DNA from: Octopus sinensis
Lineage: Eukaryota
NCBI RefSeq assembly: GCF_006345805.1
Contig: NC_043002.1
Location: 80,476,001-80,540,000 of the forward strand
Reading direction: 5' to 3'
Length of the DNA: 64,000 bases
The translations under genes were made by a program, and so were the position numbers. This document shows positions 11,814 through 25,279 of the stretch, piece by piece. How positions within the stretch are numbered: position 1 is the stretch's first letter; every line of letters starts with the position of its first letter. The notes under the pieces were generated by a model. It was not told where the DNA came from, did no database searches, and saw nothing but the letters and a program-made list of their open reading frames with translations.

Positions 11814-12119
11814 TATAAATAATTTACAAGATAAGGGCAAAAGAAAAATTCTAATGCCAAATATGCCGAAAAGAAGACAAAAATTGTCAATAACCATTAT
11901 AATTTATGCGTCTCGAAACAAATCGATAGAAATTTCTAAAAAAATTCGTTATTACTGTATTGGTCCAATTTCGGGGTTAATTCCTAAGAAATGTTCCCCT
12001 CTTCAGCGGCAAATACGCGAGATATAAGTGAAATACTTATGGTTGACAATCTTTGTCTTCTTTTCGGTATATTTGGCATTAGAATTTTTCGTTTGCCCTT
12101 ATCTTGTAAATTATTTATA
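11814..12119. repeat. 77-bp inverted repeat (3 mismatches) enclosing a hammerhead-like core
   Basis: Arms 11814-11890 and 12043-12119. The minus-strand spacer has CTGAAGA-gggg...cccc-GAAA at 11969-12006. Confidence 0.8.
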
Positions 12120-12212
12120 AATTTAACCATTAAAGGTATTTTTTGATATGCTGGCCATTGATAAAAAATTTTTTCCCCAAAAATAATTTTATACTACATT
12201 AGTTATATATAA

Positions 12213-12250
<38 letters not shown>

Positions 12251-12587
12251 ATATATATATCAGGCTGTCAGATAATTTCGTTCGTTATATTTTCGACTTA
12301 TTTTAATTCCTCATTTTCATCAACAGCTTTAACGATTTTTTAAAATACTCTCCATCATTTTTCACAATCATACATACATACATACATACAAATATACATA
12401 CATATATACATACATATAAATATATCTATATATGTGGATATACTATATAGATATACATATATATTTTCGTGTGTATGTGTGTTGGTACATATCAATGTAG
12501 ATATATATATGTGTATGTGAGTGTGTGTGTGTGTGCGTATGTATAGTGAAAAATATTATTTTTAAATCTCTCTATATATATGTAAAT

Positions 12588-12841
12588 GTGGAGGCGCGTG
12601 GCTTAGTGGTTAGGGTGTCAGCACCATGATCGTAAGATTGTGGTTTTGATTCCTGGACCGGGCGACGCGTTGTGTTCTTGAGCAAAACATTTCATTTCAC
12701 GTTGCTTCCGTCCCCTCAGCTGGCAAAAATGAGTAACGCTGCGATGGACTGGCGTCCCGTCCAGCTGGGGAACACATACGCCATAGAAACCGGGAAACCG
12801 TGCCCATGAGCCTGGCTAGGCCTTAAAAAGGTCGCATTTAT
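12588..12841 (+). mobile_element. SINE family D, full length
   Basis: A box tggcttagtggttag and B-box-like ggttttgattcc, followed by ttgtgttcttgagcaaaaca and gcgatggactggcgtcccgtccag. Confidence 0.85.
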
Positions 12842-13060
12842 TTTATATATATGTGTAAATATTTATGTATATATAAACGGGTGTGTATATATGATTTTAT
12901 ACATACACGTATACATATATGTGTATGTATATGTATATACATATACATATATGCGTATGTATATGCATATACATATACATATATGTGTATGTATATGCAT
13001 ATACATATATATGTACTGTTAGTCAATGTTCATAGAGAACTGTATATCCATATTTTATAG

Positions 13061-13078
13061 CGACTATCGTCTCACACG
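13061..13078 (+). CDS. Candidate 18-nt microexon (unassigned)
   Basis: tattttatag|CGACTATCGTCTCACACG|gtaagc. Splice signals only. Confidence 0.2.
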
Positions 13079-13741
13079 GTAAGCAAGTGGAGGTGAATGA
13101 AATTAAACATTGTCCGGCAGTCATTCCGGTTGAAAGGAAAATGGTTTCTTTTGAAGCATGTCACTGCTCATGTACAACTTGGTATTATTGATGACCCCTA
13201 AAGACTTTCGACATTAGTTACTACACAATTGAACTCAGTAAAAGAAGATTATCTAATCTATTCTTCGATAATTCCCTCAGGTCGTCCTAGAAATAAAAGA
13301 AATTATTGAAATTGGACAAGAAATATGTAATTCGAAAACTTCTTGATGCCAGAAAATTCTACGTTGTAAATAATATCGGAAATTCTAATTTAGAAATTAG
13401 AATTAGCTGAAGAAAATTTGTTAATAATAATTATTAATACTCTTTTACTCTTCTACTCTTTTACTTGTTTCAGTCATTTGAGTGCGGCCATTTATCTAAA
13501 AAATATAACGTACTATCTAAGTAATCTATGAAGTATTTTGTCACCGATACAGGATTGTGACTATATCCCCCCTCTTTCTCTTTCTCTCTAGCTGTTTTTC
13601 ACTCTCTCACTCTCTATCTTTATCTCTCTCTACTTCTTTGTCTCTTTCTCTCTTTTTCTCTTTCCCACTGTCGTTCTCAGTATTGTAACTGTCTGTTTCT
13701 CCCCCTTTCTTCCCCCCCCTCTCACTTTGTATACACAGACA

Positions 13742-13905
13742 CTTTTACTTGTTTCAGTCATTTGACTGCGGCCATACTGGAGTACCGCCGTTAGTCGAGC
13801 TAATCGAAACCAGGACTTATTCTTTGTAAGCCTAGTACTTATTCTAACTCTCTCTTTTGCTGAACAGCTAAGTTACGGGGACGTAAATACACCAACATCA
13901 GTTGT
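13742..13905 (-). mobile_element. SINE family A 3' part, abutting the Tigger end
   Basis: cttttacttgtttcagtcatttgactgcggccat...aagttacggggacgtaaa matches the A tail. Confidence 0.8.
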
Positions 13906-16280
13906 CAGGTGGTACCTTGACTTACGAGTTTAATTTGTTCCGTGACGGAGCTCGTACCTTAAATTGCTCGTATGTCAAATCAAATTTCCGCAGTGAAATT
14001 AATTGAAATGCCATTAATCCGTTCCGGTTCCCCTCAAAACACCGCAATTTATTTTCTTACGTGTTTCGTATTTTCAAATATGAAAAATATGTGTTGATTA
14101 GATAATACAGTACGGATTAGATAATATAATACGGAGCCGATATTGGTCTTCAATGGAGACATATAGAAAAACTCCATCAAAAACTCTCTCGTCTTTAAAA
14201 AAAAATGTACTTTTAAATAATGAATGTTGCATAAAAAATACAATAGAATGTACTGCATTAAACAGATTTTATTAAGTATAATTTACAGCATTTACCTTGG
14301 GGATCACACGACCCGAGGATACTGACGGAGGTGGAGGAGAAAGACTGAACTGAATAACTGAATCCTATCCGCTGATTTTTGCCCTTTTTGCCCCGCTTTC
14401 CTCACTGTCAACTGCTGGAGTTTTCGATGAATAGCAGTTCAATACGGTCGGTTTCATTCTTTCCTTCAGAGTGTTTCTGAAATGAGTTACGCAAGTGTAA
14501 TTAAATAGCACCGTCGCACGCATAATTGTAACTTTCTCTGGGTGTTTCCTTTCAATAAAGTCTGAAAGTTTCTCCCAATATTTCCTGTATCGCACTGGTA
14601 GAGATAACCTTCTCCACCTCCCCCGCGTCATCTATTTCCTGCAAAATCTCCGTATTCTACTCCGTCTGTAGCTTCTTTAGCTCTTCCGCCGTCAGTTCCT
14701 CGATGAGCTCATAAATGTCTCCTTCATCTACATCCAAGCCCATCCGCTTGCCGTGGGATACAATCTGCTCCACCACTGCCGCTTCGGGTTCGAGTCTTTC
14801 AAAGTTCGTTTCAGGCACAACCTCAAGCCACAGCTTCTTCCACGCAGAGGTCAAGGTCGTCTTTGTAGCATCCTGCCATATCGATAATTCTGAGGTATAT
14901 CACGATGTTCTAGTGATACCTTCAGAACTCCCGAAGGGTGAGATTTGTGCTATCCGTCACCTCAAAGCACCAGCGGAACAGGTGCTTGGTGAAGATCTTC
15001 TTGAAATTAGAAATCTCCTGCTGGTCCATGGCCTGCAAGGATAGGGATGGTATTGGGTGGAAGGTAGAGAACCTTTATAAACTTGAATCCTTCGAGAATA
15101 TCATCTCCGAGGTTAGGTGAATGAGCAGGTGCACTGTCCAGGACGAGCAGGGTTTGCAAGGATAGGTTATTTTCCAATATTTTTTAACGTCAGGACCAAA
15201 GGCCAGATTCACTTACTCCACAAAGAACTGCCTGGTGACGCACGCTCTTGGATTTGCTCTCCACATAATCTACAGTTTTTCTTACAAAATCTTATATGAT
15301 TTAGGTTTTCCGAATGATAACGAGCAGCGGCTTAATCTTGCATTCGCGCGCAGTTCAAGGGTTAACCTATCCTTCATGGGTTTATGGCCTAGCATCTTCT
15401 TCTCCTCTTCCGTTATATAAGTCCACCTTAGCATCTTCTTCCAGTAAAGTGCTGTCTCGTCACAGTTGAAGACTTGCCGGCGATGTATCCTTCGGCTGCT
15501 ATAATTCCGGCAAAAGTTTTGAGGTAATACTCAGCTGCCTTCATGTCCGCTCTCTCTGCCTTCACCATGCCTGACAAAGAGGTGAAGTGAATGCCGGTCC
15601 TCTTTTCAAAATTTTCGAATCATCCACGACTAGCTTTAAACGGTTCGTCTGATGTCTCGTCCGTACAAGTTCCTGGGGGTCTGTTGCAAGAAATCAGCCT
15701 AAATAGCTCGTGCCTTCTCGGAGATTATAACCCCCGTTACGGTATCTCCTTCGAGCTGCTTCTCTGTCAACCACACTATCAGTAACTTCTCGATATTTTC
15801 ATGGATAGTTGTCTGTTGTTTAGAAATGATTTGATCGCCCTTGGTTGGCGTTATAGCTTTTATCGACTCCTGCTTCAGTATGGTGCAGATCGTAGATGTG
15901 CTACGCTCGAACTCGTTCATCATGTCACTACACGCACACCATGATCATGTTTTTAGATAAATGTTTTTCTTTAATTCAATGCACTTCATCTGTATTTTCT
16001 CACCACTGGCGTTCGCACTCACTTTCTTCGGACCCATGGATGGAAAATCGAAGTTTTGAAAAATAACTGCTAACACAATTGCGAGCACAACACTCACTGA
16101 TGCTTCTGTAGTCTGCAACTTTACCACCCGTCTAGCTAACGATCACCTAACGATCTTCGCACTTGTTAACACGCAAGTCTATCTAACAATTGATCTACTA
16201 ATGATCTTCGTACTTGCTAACGTCCATATCTGTGTAGCTATCGAGTGAGACACGGGATGCTGGGCGGATGTCACGGCGTT
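13906..16280 (-). mobile_element. Tigger/pogo DNA transposon remnant (one TIR visible; the other boundary is approximate)
   Basis: TIR-like caggtggtaccttgacttacgag at 13906, plus the transposase remnant listed next. Confidence 0.75.
14365..16037 (-). pseudogene. Tigger (TIGD1-like) transposase, disrupted
   Basis: MGPKKVSA..., STSTICTILKQ, EKLLIVWLTEKQLEGDTVT..IISEKAR (CENP-B-type HTH), FKASRGWFENF, VFNCDETALYWKKM, AWKKLW. Confidence 0.9.
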
Positions 16281-16653
16281 CATAGATATAATTGTTGAGC
16301 ATTTGCTCCTTTATTCTTATTTATTGTATTGGAGTTACAATCTTCATGGGGGCTTCTAAAAGGATTTTCAACTAAAAATTAAGTCAACGAGAGAATCTAA
16401 ATGTAGCCCCTCAAAGTGTTACATATAGCAGCCAAACTTCCTTCACATCACTCACAACAATAGAGGGGCCAATGTAGTGATAGACATACCATGTTTGAAT
16501 ATAAGGTGAGATAATTGAAGCCGGAACATATTTTATCATAAGTCTAGTTGGTGAAAGGAAAATGAATAACAAGTTTTGGGGAAATACCTTCTATATATAA
16601 AGATATTTTGAGAGAAATATGCGAAATATGAGTACAAGATGAGTTACTTCTAG

Positions 16654-16735
16654 ATATAAGAGTGTCTGAAAAGACTGAAGTTTCACAGAAAAAAGAAAAC
16701 AAAAAAAAATCGAAAAAGAAAAGTAAAACTGCTAT
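16654..16735 (+). CDS. Candidate Lys-rich exon (unassigned)
   Basis: ttacttctag|...IRVSEKTEVSQKKENKKKSKKKSKTA...|gtaagc. The acceptor is weak. Confidence 0.15.
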
Positions 16736-17566
16736 GTAAGCAAGCGTTCCATATGTGAACGCGCCCCAATTCTGAGGTAAAACCGCTATCAATAAAATAA
16801 AATAAAAAACCTTCAAGCCTAGCGTTCTGTAATGTTGCCGAATTGACTTCAGTGGAGATATTGATGATGCTACTACGATTAATACTAACAATAACAATAA
16901 CGATACTGATACTGATACTGATACATAACAATAAAAATAGAAATGAAACATAGATCCATAATTTCCTGAATTTGATCGTTTCAACGATTTGAGTTCGTAA
17001 GACAACGTATGTACCTAGCAGGGTAAAAGTGTTTAGTTTTTGTGCGTGACTGTCTAAATTTATTTGATTGTTTGTCTCTATAAATATTCATTTAATCATA
17101 TTCTCGTAGATGTCTACACATTTGCACACGCACTGTCTTTCACACGCTAAAATGTGAGTAGATGTATTTATGCGTATGTATGGGTATCTAGATATGTATA
17201 CATATATATATATATATCTGCACAAACACACAAACACATTTATATATGCATATGTATATTATGTATGTATTAACACGAAGACACACCAATGCACGTGTGT
17301 TTAAATGTGTGAACAAATACTATACGTAACATAGAAGCAAAAAAATTATTCTAGACGCATATGCATGTGTAAATATAGCCACTTTTTTTTTCATATATAT
17401 TTCGATTTTTCCTTTTTTTATATTTTCAAGCTAAAGTTTTTCTTGTTACAACTGAGTTCTATTTCCTTCGATTTCTGCACGAGGTGATAACCCGCAATCG
17501 TTTCCTGCCTGATATCACAGCATGCAATATCTTTAGAGAAATCGTATATATATATATATATATATC

Positions 17567-17626
<60 letters not shown>

Positions 17627-17636
17627 GTATGTATGA

Positions 17637-17674
<38 letters not shown>

Positions 17675-18338
17675 CATATATATACATATATATATATACA
17701 TATATATACATATATAAATATATATATATAATTATATATATATGTATGTGTGTGTTTGTGTGTGTGCGTGCGTGTTTTTGCCTTTATGCATATATGCATT
17801 AATTATATGTTTGCATATGTGTATATGTTTCTATGTGTATATATATGTATATATGTATATATGATATATGTATGCAGAAGTGTATATTTATATATATATA
17901 TATATATGTATGTACATGTATATATGTACACATAAGTATCTATATACTTACGTACGTATGCGTGTGTGTGTCTGTATGTGCATGTATGCATGTGTGTTTG
18001 TTTGTATTCGTGTATAAATACATTAATTATATACATACGTATATATGCATGTAAATGAGTATACGTATATGTACTTATATATATATACGTTTATATACAT
18101 GTGTGTATCTATGTGTATGCATGTGTGTTTCTATGTCTGTTTATGTTTATTTGATGTTTGTATTGATGAATAACAAGATGCGTAATGTCTTTGATAGGCA
18201 AGTATGTGTATGGCCTATATATGTATGTGTGGGCGTGTGAGTTAAGAGAGAGAGAGAGAGAGAGAGAGTAAGGGAGGGAGGGAGAGATAGAGAGAGAGAG
18301 ATTGATAGACAAATGCAAATAAAGTGAAAAAGACTGAA

Positions 18339-18371
<33 letters not shown>

Positions 18372-18865
18372 CAGGGAGAGAATGGGACAGAGAGCGACTG
18401 AGATAAGAATCCCTAGCAGCTACTAAAAGAACTGCTTGAAAAAATTAATAAATGTCACCATTTTTTTTTATAGTAACAGTGTTCATTTCCACCGACACCG
18501 TCCCTACAACCAGCTCTAACACCAACAGAGATGTCCTTTTCTTTCCTACCATATCTTTTACCTTTCTTAAAAGTTGTTAAGTTGTGCATGAACGAGCAAA
18601 TATTCTTTCTTATATAACATACATAGAAACTTTATACACAAATGTTTATGCATTTTGTAAGGCACACAACGATACATTCAGAAATATATAAATTTAAGTG
18701 TTTTAACACCGACCGGGAACGTAATACGGCCAAATATATATTCATTTATAGCAATAAATATCCGTGAATAATATCAGCCTATATCTCTGCCTATCATCCC
18801 CATTTTTTCACACTTTCTCTTTCCTTCTCTGTTTCTCCATATCTCTTTCATCCAGCCATCTTGAG

Positions 18866-19010
18866 TGCCTGTGTGGTATGTGCTTACCAACCTCATGGTT
18901 CTGGGTTCAGTCTCATTGTGTGACACCTTGGGCAAGCGCCTTCTACTATAGCTTCGAGCCGACCAAAGCCTTCTGAGAGGATTTGGTAAACAGAAATTAA
19001 AAGATACCCG

Positions 19011-19054
<44 letters not shown>

Positions 19055-19271
19055 TATATATATATGTATGTATGTATGTATATGTTTGTGTTTCTGTTAG
19101 TAGCCCCGCCTTCGTTTGACAATCGATGCTAGTGCGTTTATGTCACCGTAACTTAGCGGTTTGGCAAAAGAGACCGATAGAATAAGTACTAAGCTTACAA
19201 AGAATAAGGCCGGGTGAGGTGGCATCTGTTCGACTAAAGGTGGTGCTCCAGCATGGCCGCAGTCAAATGAC
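18866..19271 (+). mobile_element. SINE family A with internal (TA)n/(TATG)n
   Basis: Head ~18866-19012 and tail ~19085-19271, colinear with 31381-31797. Confidence 0.85.
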
Positions 19272-19651
19272 AGATATATATATATAAATGTGTGTGTGTG
19301 TGTGTACAGCTGTCTCTACGTATGTACATATGTATTTATGTGTGATTTTAATTGCTTCCACAAAGCTGCAAGATGTTCGACAACCACTCACTTCAGAACG
19401 TACCGTTAATTAGAAGAAACAGTTGTATGCTAATGAAATTGATGACGTAATTCATGTTCTGTTTAATAATCAGTAATTATTGACTATCAATTCAATAATC
19501 CGTATTACTGTACTTGCCTCTGAAGCATATATATGTTAGGTTCTAACAACTCGTTATCAGTAACGCTACGCTTAAGTAAAATAAAAAAAAAATAGGATAT
19601 ACGTACGCATAAATATCATACGCAGTGTAACTGTGTGTATCGATTCATATA

Positions 19652-19888
19652 CAGTAATCCCTCGCCATATCGCGGTTCAACTACCGCGGTTCGCCTATTG
19701 CAGTTTATTATTTAAGCTTACATCGATTCCTCGAAGGTGTTGTTTTGCATTCATAATAAAATGAATATATGCAAATTATAGAAATAATTTTTGAAAAATA
19801 TACAGCACAGTACTGTTTATACTTCGCTGATTTTCACCTATCGAGGGAGTTTGGGAATGTAACACCCGCGATAGTCGAGGGATTACAG
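19652..19888. mobile_element. Tigger-like MITE with TA target duplication
   Basis: TA|cagtaatccctcgccatatcgcgg ... ccgcgatagtcgagggattacag|TA. A second partial copy lies inverted at ~26104-26265. Confidence 0.85.
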
Positions 19889-20169
19889 TATGTATTTATG
19901 ACATATGTGTACGTATGTGCTTGTGGTGTTAGTAAGGAAGAGAAAATTATTAAAGTTGGCAAAACTAATCTTGGTGATGGTCATTCTCTGTTCCTGTTTC
20001 ATAATTTCGATGTACAGCTGGCGCCATATAATGTCGGCCAAAATTGTGTTTCATTTTGTTCGCTCCAATATAGGCACTATGAACAATTAGCAAATGCTAC
20101 CAAATCCTCATTGCTAACCAGTGAATAACGTCCCTCTCTCTCTATCTTTCTTACTGTCAAAATTTCTCT

Positions 20170-20221
<52 letters not shown>

Positions 20222-20269
20222 ATGCCTTTTATCGAACCGAAAAACTTTTATTTACTTTATAGGCACAGG

Positions 20270-20428
20270 CGTCTGTGAGGTAGAAAACGTGCTTCCAAAC
20301 CACACGGTTCCAGTTTCAGTCCCACTGCGTGACATCTTGGGCAAATGTCTTTTGCAATAGCCTCAGGCCAACTAAAGCCCTGTGAGTGGATTTGGTAGAC
20401 GGTAACTGAAAGAAACCCGTCGTATATA
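20270..20428 (+). mobile_element. SINE family A head
   Basis: cagtcccactgcgtgacatcttgggcaaatgtc...gtagacggtaactgaaagaaacccgtcg. Confidence 0.8.
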
Positions 20429-20609
20429 TAGTTGAAATTTATAGAAAGCAAAAGACGAGGACAGGTGTATGAACAACAAGCAAGTGTAATAGGTTGACGC
20501 TCGAGAAAAATGAAAAAGTCTTTTACGTTTCGAGCCTTGGAGGACGTTGGAGTGCTGCAGCCATATCGCGTATCTAAGGCGAAAACGCCTCGCGGAGCCC
20601 ATCCCTCGT

Positions 20610-20905
20610 CTCTACAGCTGAGTGAACTGAACAACATGACGTGAAGTGTTTTGCTTAAGAACATAACGGATAATACAGCTCAGGGTTCGAAACCACATTC
20701 TTTGCGGTCGTGAATCTAACACCTTACGCACTAAGCGATGCACCTCCACTAGCGGTACTCATTTCTACAGCTGAGTGGGTTGGAGTAACATGAAATGAAG
20801 TGTTTTGTTCAAGAGCACAACTTCATCGGCCGGTCCAGTAATCGAAACCACAACCTTTACGCTCGTGAGTCTAGCACCCCATCCAGTAAACCACGAGCTT
20901 CTCTA
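20610..20905 (-). mobile_element. Two tandem SINE family D 5' fragments
   Basis: Both match the reverse complement of 12588-12725. Confidence 0.75.
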
Positions 20906-21313
20906 CATTTAGATTTAGATCTACATTTCATTATATAGACTACATTTCATTGACTATTCGAAACCACATGGGCTGGGAATATACAATATGGAAGACGTCG
21001 TCAACGGAGAGTCCCCATAGGATTTTGTGATGTATACAAACACATAAAATTGCTGTAACACATCATCCCTTCTCTAGGAGCAGATAATATTACAAACTAA
21101 TTCATTATCGAACAACTAGCCGGTGTTGTTCATAATCACAAAGGAAAACATTAGAATGTGGTAAACAGACGATAGCAGAAACTTAAAGCTTATTCTATAT
21201 ATTAAAAGATGTTTATAGTTTTTCCAAACTTATTTTTGAAATTATATTTGAAATACGTAGTGCCGTTTGGGAGGAAAATGTCTTCAGAAAATTATCCTGA
21301 CAGGACTCCCCGC

Positions 21314-21392
<79 letters not shown>

Positions 21393-21694
21393 CTCCCTCT
21401 CTCACAAACAAACACACATACACACATATATGTAGCTACTTACATATACGTAGATAAGTCTCTAAATTGTTTCAGTTTAAAGCGGAATATTTTATATATA
21501 TTGTATGTATATATATGTACTGTTGGATTTTACTCATAAGGTATTGGAATCTTACATATATAACATGCTGCCTAAAAATGGATCTACAAATTCAATATCC
21601 CTACATATCTCACATCTATTTTCTTTCCTCCGCCTCTCTCTCTCTATTTTATATCCTATATAAATTCACTATTACTTAACCATCCTCTCACACC

Positions 21695-21746
21695 ATCTCC
21701 GATGAAGAGATATAATTAATAAATACCCTGGAAACAGCTGTAAGAC
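21695..21746 (+). ncRNA. Degenerate minimal type I hammerhead (palindromic ACAGCUGU stem III)
   Basis: tct-CCGATGA-agagatat...ataccctg-GAAAC-agct-GTA-aga. Homolog at 24445. Confidence 0.5.
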
Positions 21747-22251
21747 CTACTATCAATAAATGTTCTAATATCTACACAGCCTTGTGTTTTTTTATCACAT
21801 TACGCAAAAAATTCTTATATATGCATACATACATATATAAATATATGCATGCACTCAAACTTTTGTATAGATGTAATCAGTTACGTGAGGCTTGTATAAG
21901 AGTTGAAAACTACAGGGAGATAGTTTTTACAGATTAAATACATATAAATACGGGAGACTGGAAAAAATCTTTTATCATTTAATCACCATCACACATGTTT
22001 CAGTTACTAAGAGTAGTTACAAGCGTATATATGTAGAAGAAATATGTAAAATACCTCCTATTAGAAATTTTTAACCTGAAGAATTTCTAATAGAAGATAT
22101 CTTACATATTTCTTATACAAGTACACTCTTTAAAAAAGCAAAGCAAAAAAAACAAAAAACGTGTTATGGTTAATAAATGATACGAAACTACTTTGATAAA
22201 TACCCCTTCCCCACAAATGCACAAATACACAAGCATACACACATACATACA

Positions 22252-22293
<42 letters not shown>

Positions 22294-22353
22294 TAGATAG
22301 ATAGTTAGATAGAGAGAAAGACCTAGAGATAGATAGATAGAGATAGATAGAAG

Positions 22354-22399
<46 letters not shown>

Positions 22400-22433
22400 G
22401 ATAGACGATAGATAGTAGATAGATAGATAGAAA

Positions 22434-22480
<47 letters not shown>

Positions 22481-23184
22481 TGCATATATACAGGGTCGTT
22501 ACATTTCCATTTATTCTTTACAGATTAATAGACTTGTGTAACAGAAAAAGAATGCTCGTCTTCTCCTTACATAAAATAAAAACATATATTTTCTTTCTTC
22601 CGACTCATAATAATGTGAGTTCAATTTTCACAGTGGTAAAGTTTCTCTGTATTACATTTTTGTGTCGATTAAATCCACTGCCCCAATCAAAAATTAGTAC
22701 TAGCGGCGAAATTGCAGAATTGTTAAAGCATCTGGAAAATGTTCCTTGCAATATATGCTCTTACGTCCAGAGTTCAAATCCGCCAAGCTCAACTTTGTCT
22801 TTCTAATTTTTCGTTGACGATGGCGTGAAATACTAGGCTCGATGTTATCAACCAGCTCGCCCCTAACGAAACTGTTCACCATGTGAGTTTTACTATTTGC
22901 AGAAGTAATATTTTTTACGATTTCTCGGATACATTTGAATTTACGATCAATCTCCTGAAGAAGAGAAATATATTTTTTGGTAATCCATACCCCTCCCTTG
23001 AAGCTAGCATTTTAATCACAACGGTTTCAACTCTCATCACCAATACGTTTATACATACATACATACATATATAAGTATATTTATATATACTTACATAAAT
23101 ATATGTATATATATACATATATAACATACACACACGCGTGTAACACACATCTATATATACACAAATACGATAAATGACGGATAA

Positions 23185-23230
<46 letters not shown>

Positions 23231-23233
23231 GCA

Positions 23234-23278
<45 letters not shown>

Positions 23279-24018
23279 TATATATATATATATGCGTACA
23301 ATAAAAAGTGCCTTATAAGGTAAAAAGACTTTAAAAACTGACATTTTAATCTCCAACTTCTGCAGAGTATATCATTTTATAACACCTCTTTTTATAGATG
23401 CAATATTTATTTATTTCTACATATGTTTATTTTTTCATGCGTCGATGTATTTATTTGTTTTGTATTTTTAAATCTGCTATTTCTTACGAGTTTTCGCCTT
23501 ATTTTTCTCTGTTGTGCGCGCTTACATGCTTTGACGCAAAATAACACGCTGACATACGTGTACACTCTAACACACGCATATATGTATATATACACACGAA
23601 CACATATAGTTACGGTATATTCTCTTCCGCACTCAGTAGAGTAAAGTATAAAGCTCGTCCACCTTCAGATTTTACCTTGTGCTCTCCAGTAGTAGTGTTA
23701 TACGTACTAAAAGGTTCACCTTTGCGCATCTGCCGTGTATATATATATATGTTATGTCGCACGTTCGGATGCCTCTACTACTTAATTTTACTCCACTTTT
23801 CAACGAAGTCTAGACTTCTCCCTCTATATCTACGTATTGGGCTAGTCTACTTCATCGTCTGGGGGCGTCCACACAGCAATATATACAATATAATATAATA
23901 TAACATAATGTAATATATATATATATATATCCCTTTGAAGGAACAGCACAGGGAATCTACGTCTCCAAAGTCTCCATATGTAATGACAAAATATAAAGTC
24001 CTATTGAAATTTCCATAC

Positions 24019-24074
24019 CATGGACAAGAAGCATTTCTACTACGTCTACACACCACTTTCCTTGGATAATGGAA
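24019..24074 (-). CDS. Candidate 56-nt exon (unassigned)
   Basis: ttatatttgcag|...|gtatgg. One frame reads SIIQGKWCVDVVEMLLVH(G), which is loosely ankyrin-like. Confidence 0.15.
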
Positions 24075-24114
24075 CTGCAAATATAACATATTTATATGTT
24101 GCATATTGTTACTT

Positions 24115-24325
24115 TTAAGGGCGGCGAGCTGGCAGAAACGTTAGCACGTCGAGCAAAATGCGTAGCCGTATTTCGTCCGCTGTTACTCTCTGAGTTCAAA
24201 TTTAGCCGAGGTCGACTTTCGTTTTCCTCCTTTCGGGGTCGAACTTAATATAATCGACTTTATCCGTTTGTCTGTCCTTGTTTGTTCCCTCTGTGTTTAG
24301 CCCCTTGTGGGTAGCAAAGAAATAT
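24115..24325 (+). mobile_element. SINE family B with internal deletion
   Basis: ggcggcgagctggcagaaacgttagc...gccccttgtgggtagcaaagaaata. Confidence 0.85.
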
Positions 24326-24444
24326 TTATTTTCATTTCTACATTCATTCTCCTATTTCAATCTATACTCCATATTTCCTTCCTTTTCCAAAATAACTCCT
24401 TATATTGAACTCTAATATGTCCCTCTATTGAAGCATCTCACATC

Positions 24445-24492
24445 GTCTCTGATAAAGGGATATCTCTAATATCACAGAAACGGCTGTATGAC
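24445..24492 (+). ncRNA. Degenerate minimal type I hammerhead
   Basis: gtct-CTGATAA-agggatat-ctcta-atatcaca-GAAAC-ggct-GTA-tgac. Confidence 0.5.
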
Positions 24493-24807
24493 TAACTTTA
24501 TCTTTATAAATGTCCTGAAAATTACACAGTCTTGACTTTGTGGTCTCATTTTATTTTCTTTAACACACACACATACGCACACACATACATGTATAAATAT
24601 ATACTTTTATCTTACTTCTTGCAGTCATTACATTGTGGTCATGGCATTACCCCGTCATGACTGTATGTATATATAATATATATATATATATATATATGTA
24701 AGGAACTTTTTCAGTTTATCATACTTCGAATCTCGAAAAAATAGGCAGCCTTCCATACATCTCGATCCCTGGATCTTATATATACATATATGCATACATG
24801 CATACAT

Positions 24808-24838
<31 letters not shown>

Positions 24839-24878
24839 AAGACAGACATATATATATATTGTGTAGGCATGTAAATGC

Positions 24879-24931
<53 letters not shown>

Positions 24932-25279
24932 CAGTATACGTCATTCTACATGCATATATATCTACACATCAACCTATACGTACGTATGTCTTATGTGTAC
25001 ATAAACAGACTGCTGGAAACTTGAGAAGTTTACTTACGTAACGTTACACCTACTTTCGCTGAAATAACAAATGTTTCGATGGATAATTACTGTGGGATTG
25101 GTTTCTTTTAAATAGCTACAAAAGGACCCTATAATGGTTTAGTGAAGAGTGGATAGAAGGAACTGATTTTGGGAGATTGTGACATTTATGCCTTTCCCTC
25201 ATTAGTAAATGATGTTATTGCTGAACTAAAATTTACGTCACCTGAGTATTGATAACGTAATACATCTCCTACGAGGCTG

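Noticed and set aside
16544-17005. 153-aa hydrophobic minus-strand ORF
   Set aside because: The hydrophobicity comes from the antisense of A-rich and ATACTG repeats. No recognisable family.
19769-20128. 119-aa plus-strand ORF
   Set aside because: It starts inside a MITE. The unique part (KIIKVGKTNLG...) has no convincing motif or splice support.
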